Source: Bispira polyomma
Taxonomy: Eukaryota
Length of the DNA stretch: 64,000 nucleotides
Assembly: GCA_965649765.1 (NCBI GenBank)
Contig: OZ287753.1
Span: 47,120,001-47,184,000, forward strand
Direction of reading: 5' to 3'
Of the stretch, positions 63,345 to 64,000 are shown in pieces. Below the pieces are notes generated by a model. It did not search any database. It was given only the letters and a program-made list of their open reading frames with translations, and was not told the origin of the DNA. Each line of letters starts with the position of its first letter. The stretch's first letter is position 1. The translations under genes were made by a program, and so were the position numbers.

Positions 63345-63812
63345 CCCTGGTCCCACCAGCCGTCACGTTAGGAGTCGTTTGAAAATTAATTTGCGTAGGT
63401 TTTGCGTGGTATTTGCGGGAGCTGACGTAATATACATAAGCATACATAACCTGGAGTGAGAGTTGAGATGCAAGAAATTTTTAATTTTGAACCGTTTCAA
63501 ATTTGGACATGTAAGAGATGCAAAAGTATGATGTCCTAAAACGTGGATATGCGTCACAGTGTGTAAATGTGCGTCATTATGACGTCATTTTACTTGTATT
63601 GGCGTACTCATACATGTACTTTGACATGAACTTATGCACCCCCTGCGAGACTTTACAGCTTTCGACGTACTAATACATAATTTCAACGTCTGTTGACCCC
63701 TTCAACGTGGAGAAAATTCCAAATTTCTAGTTTTGCATGACGTTTTGCATCAAATATTTTACAAGGCCATGCGTGACTTACATATCCTAACGTAAATCTG
63801 GTGGGACCAGGG
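63345..63812. mobile_element. MITE with bipartite TIRs
   Basis: ccctggtcccaccag....acgttagga / tcctaacgt....ctggtgggaccaggg; CpG- and tgacgt-rich interior. Confidence 0.85.
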
Positions 63813-64000
63813 CATTAAGGTGTAACTTGACATTGTAGACTTGAATGTAGATAAATAAGATCACCTCAATACAGACACTGATATGTTTCTACATGGGGTC
63901 TCCAGACATTTCATCTGTGAAGAGACAGATATACTTTTTTGTAGGCCAAGGCAGTTATTAGGAAACACTTAAAACCTTATTTATAGGGTAATTTGTTTTT

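Overview
AT-rich, repeat-dense eukaryotic DNA. The SINE/MITE types and the neuropeptide receptor point to a lophotrochozoan, probably a mollusc (inference). Well-supported content: (1) an intronless galanin/allatostatin-A-type neuropeptide GPCR (24825-26072, -); (2) a decayed, nearly full-length tyrosine-recombinase (Ngaro-like DIRS-order) retrotransposon at ~32.6-38.2 kb, whose recombinase ORF appears to be reached by splicing from gag; (3) a 4-exon, 300-aa orphan gene not apparent from the ORF track (43647-46186, +), with a compact promoter, an Arg-rich N-terminus, two paralogous 111-nt phase-1 exons and a very acidic C-terminus; (4) an L2/CR1 LINE relic with a 2A-like (NPGP) peptide in front of its endonuclease (~51.2 kb); (5) many tRNA-derived SINEs (two families), several TIR MITE families including a nested-deletion series of one Harbinger-like family, and minisatellites. 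Most short ORFs in the track are spurious. No rRNA, bona fide tRNA or CRISPR array was found.
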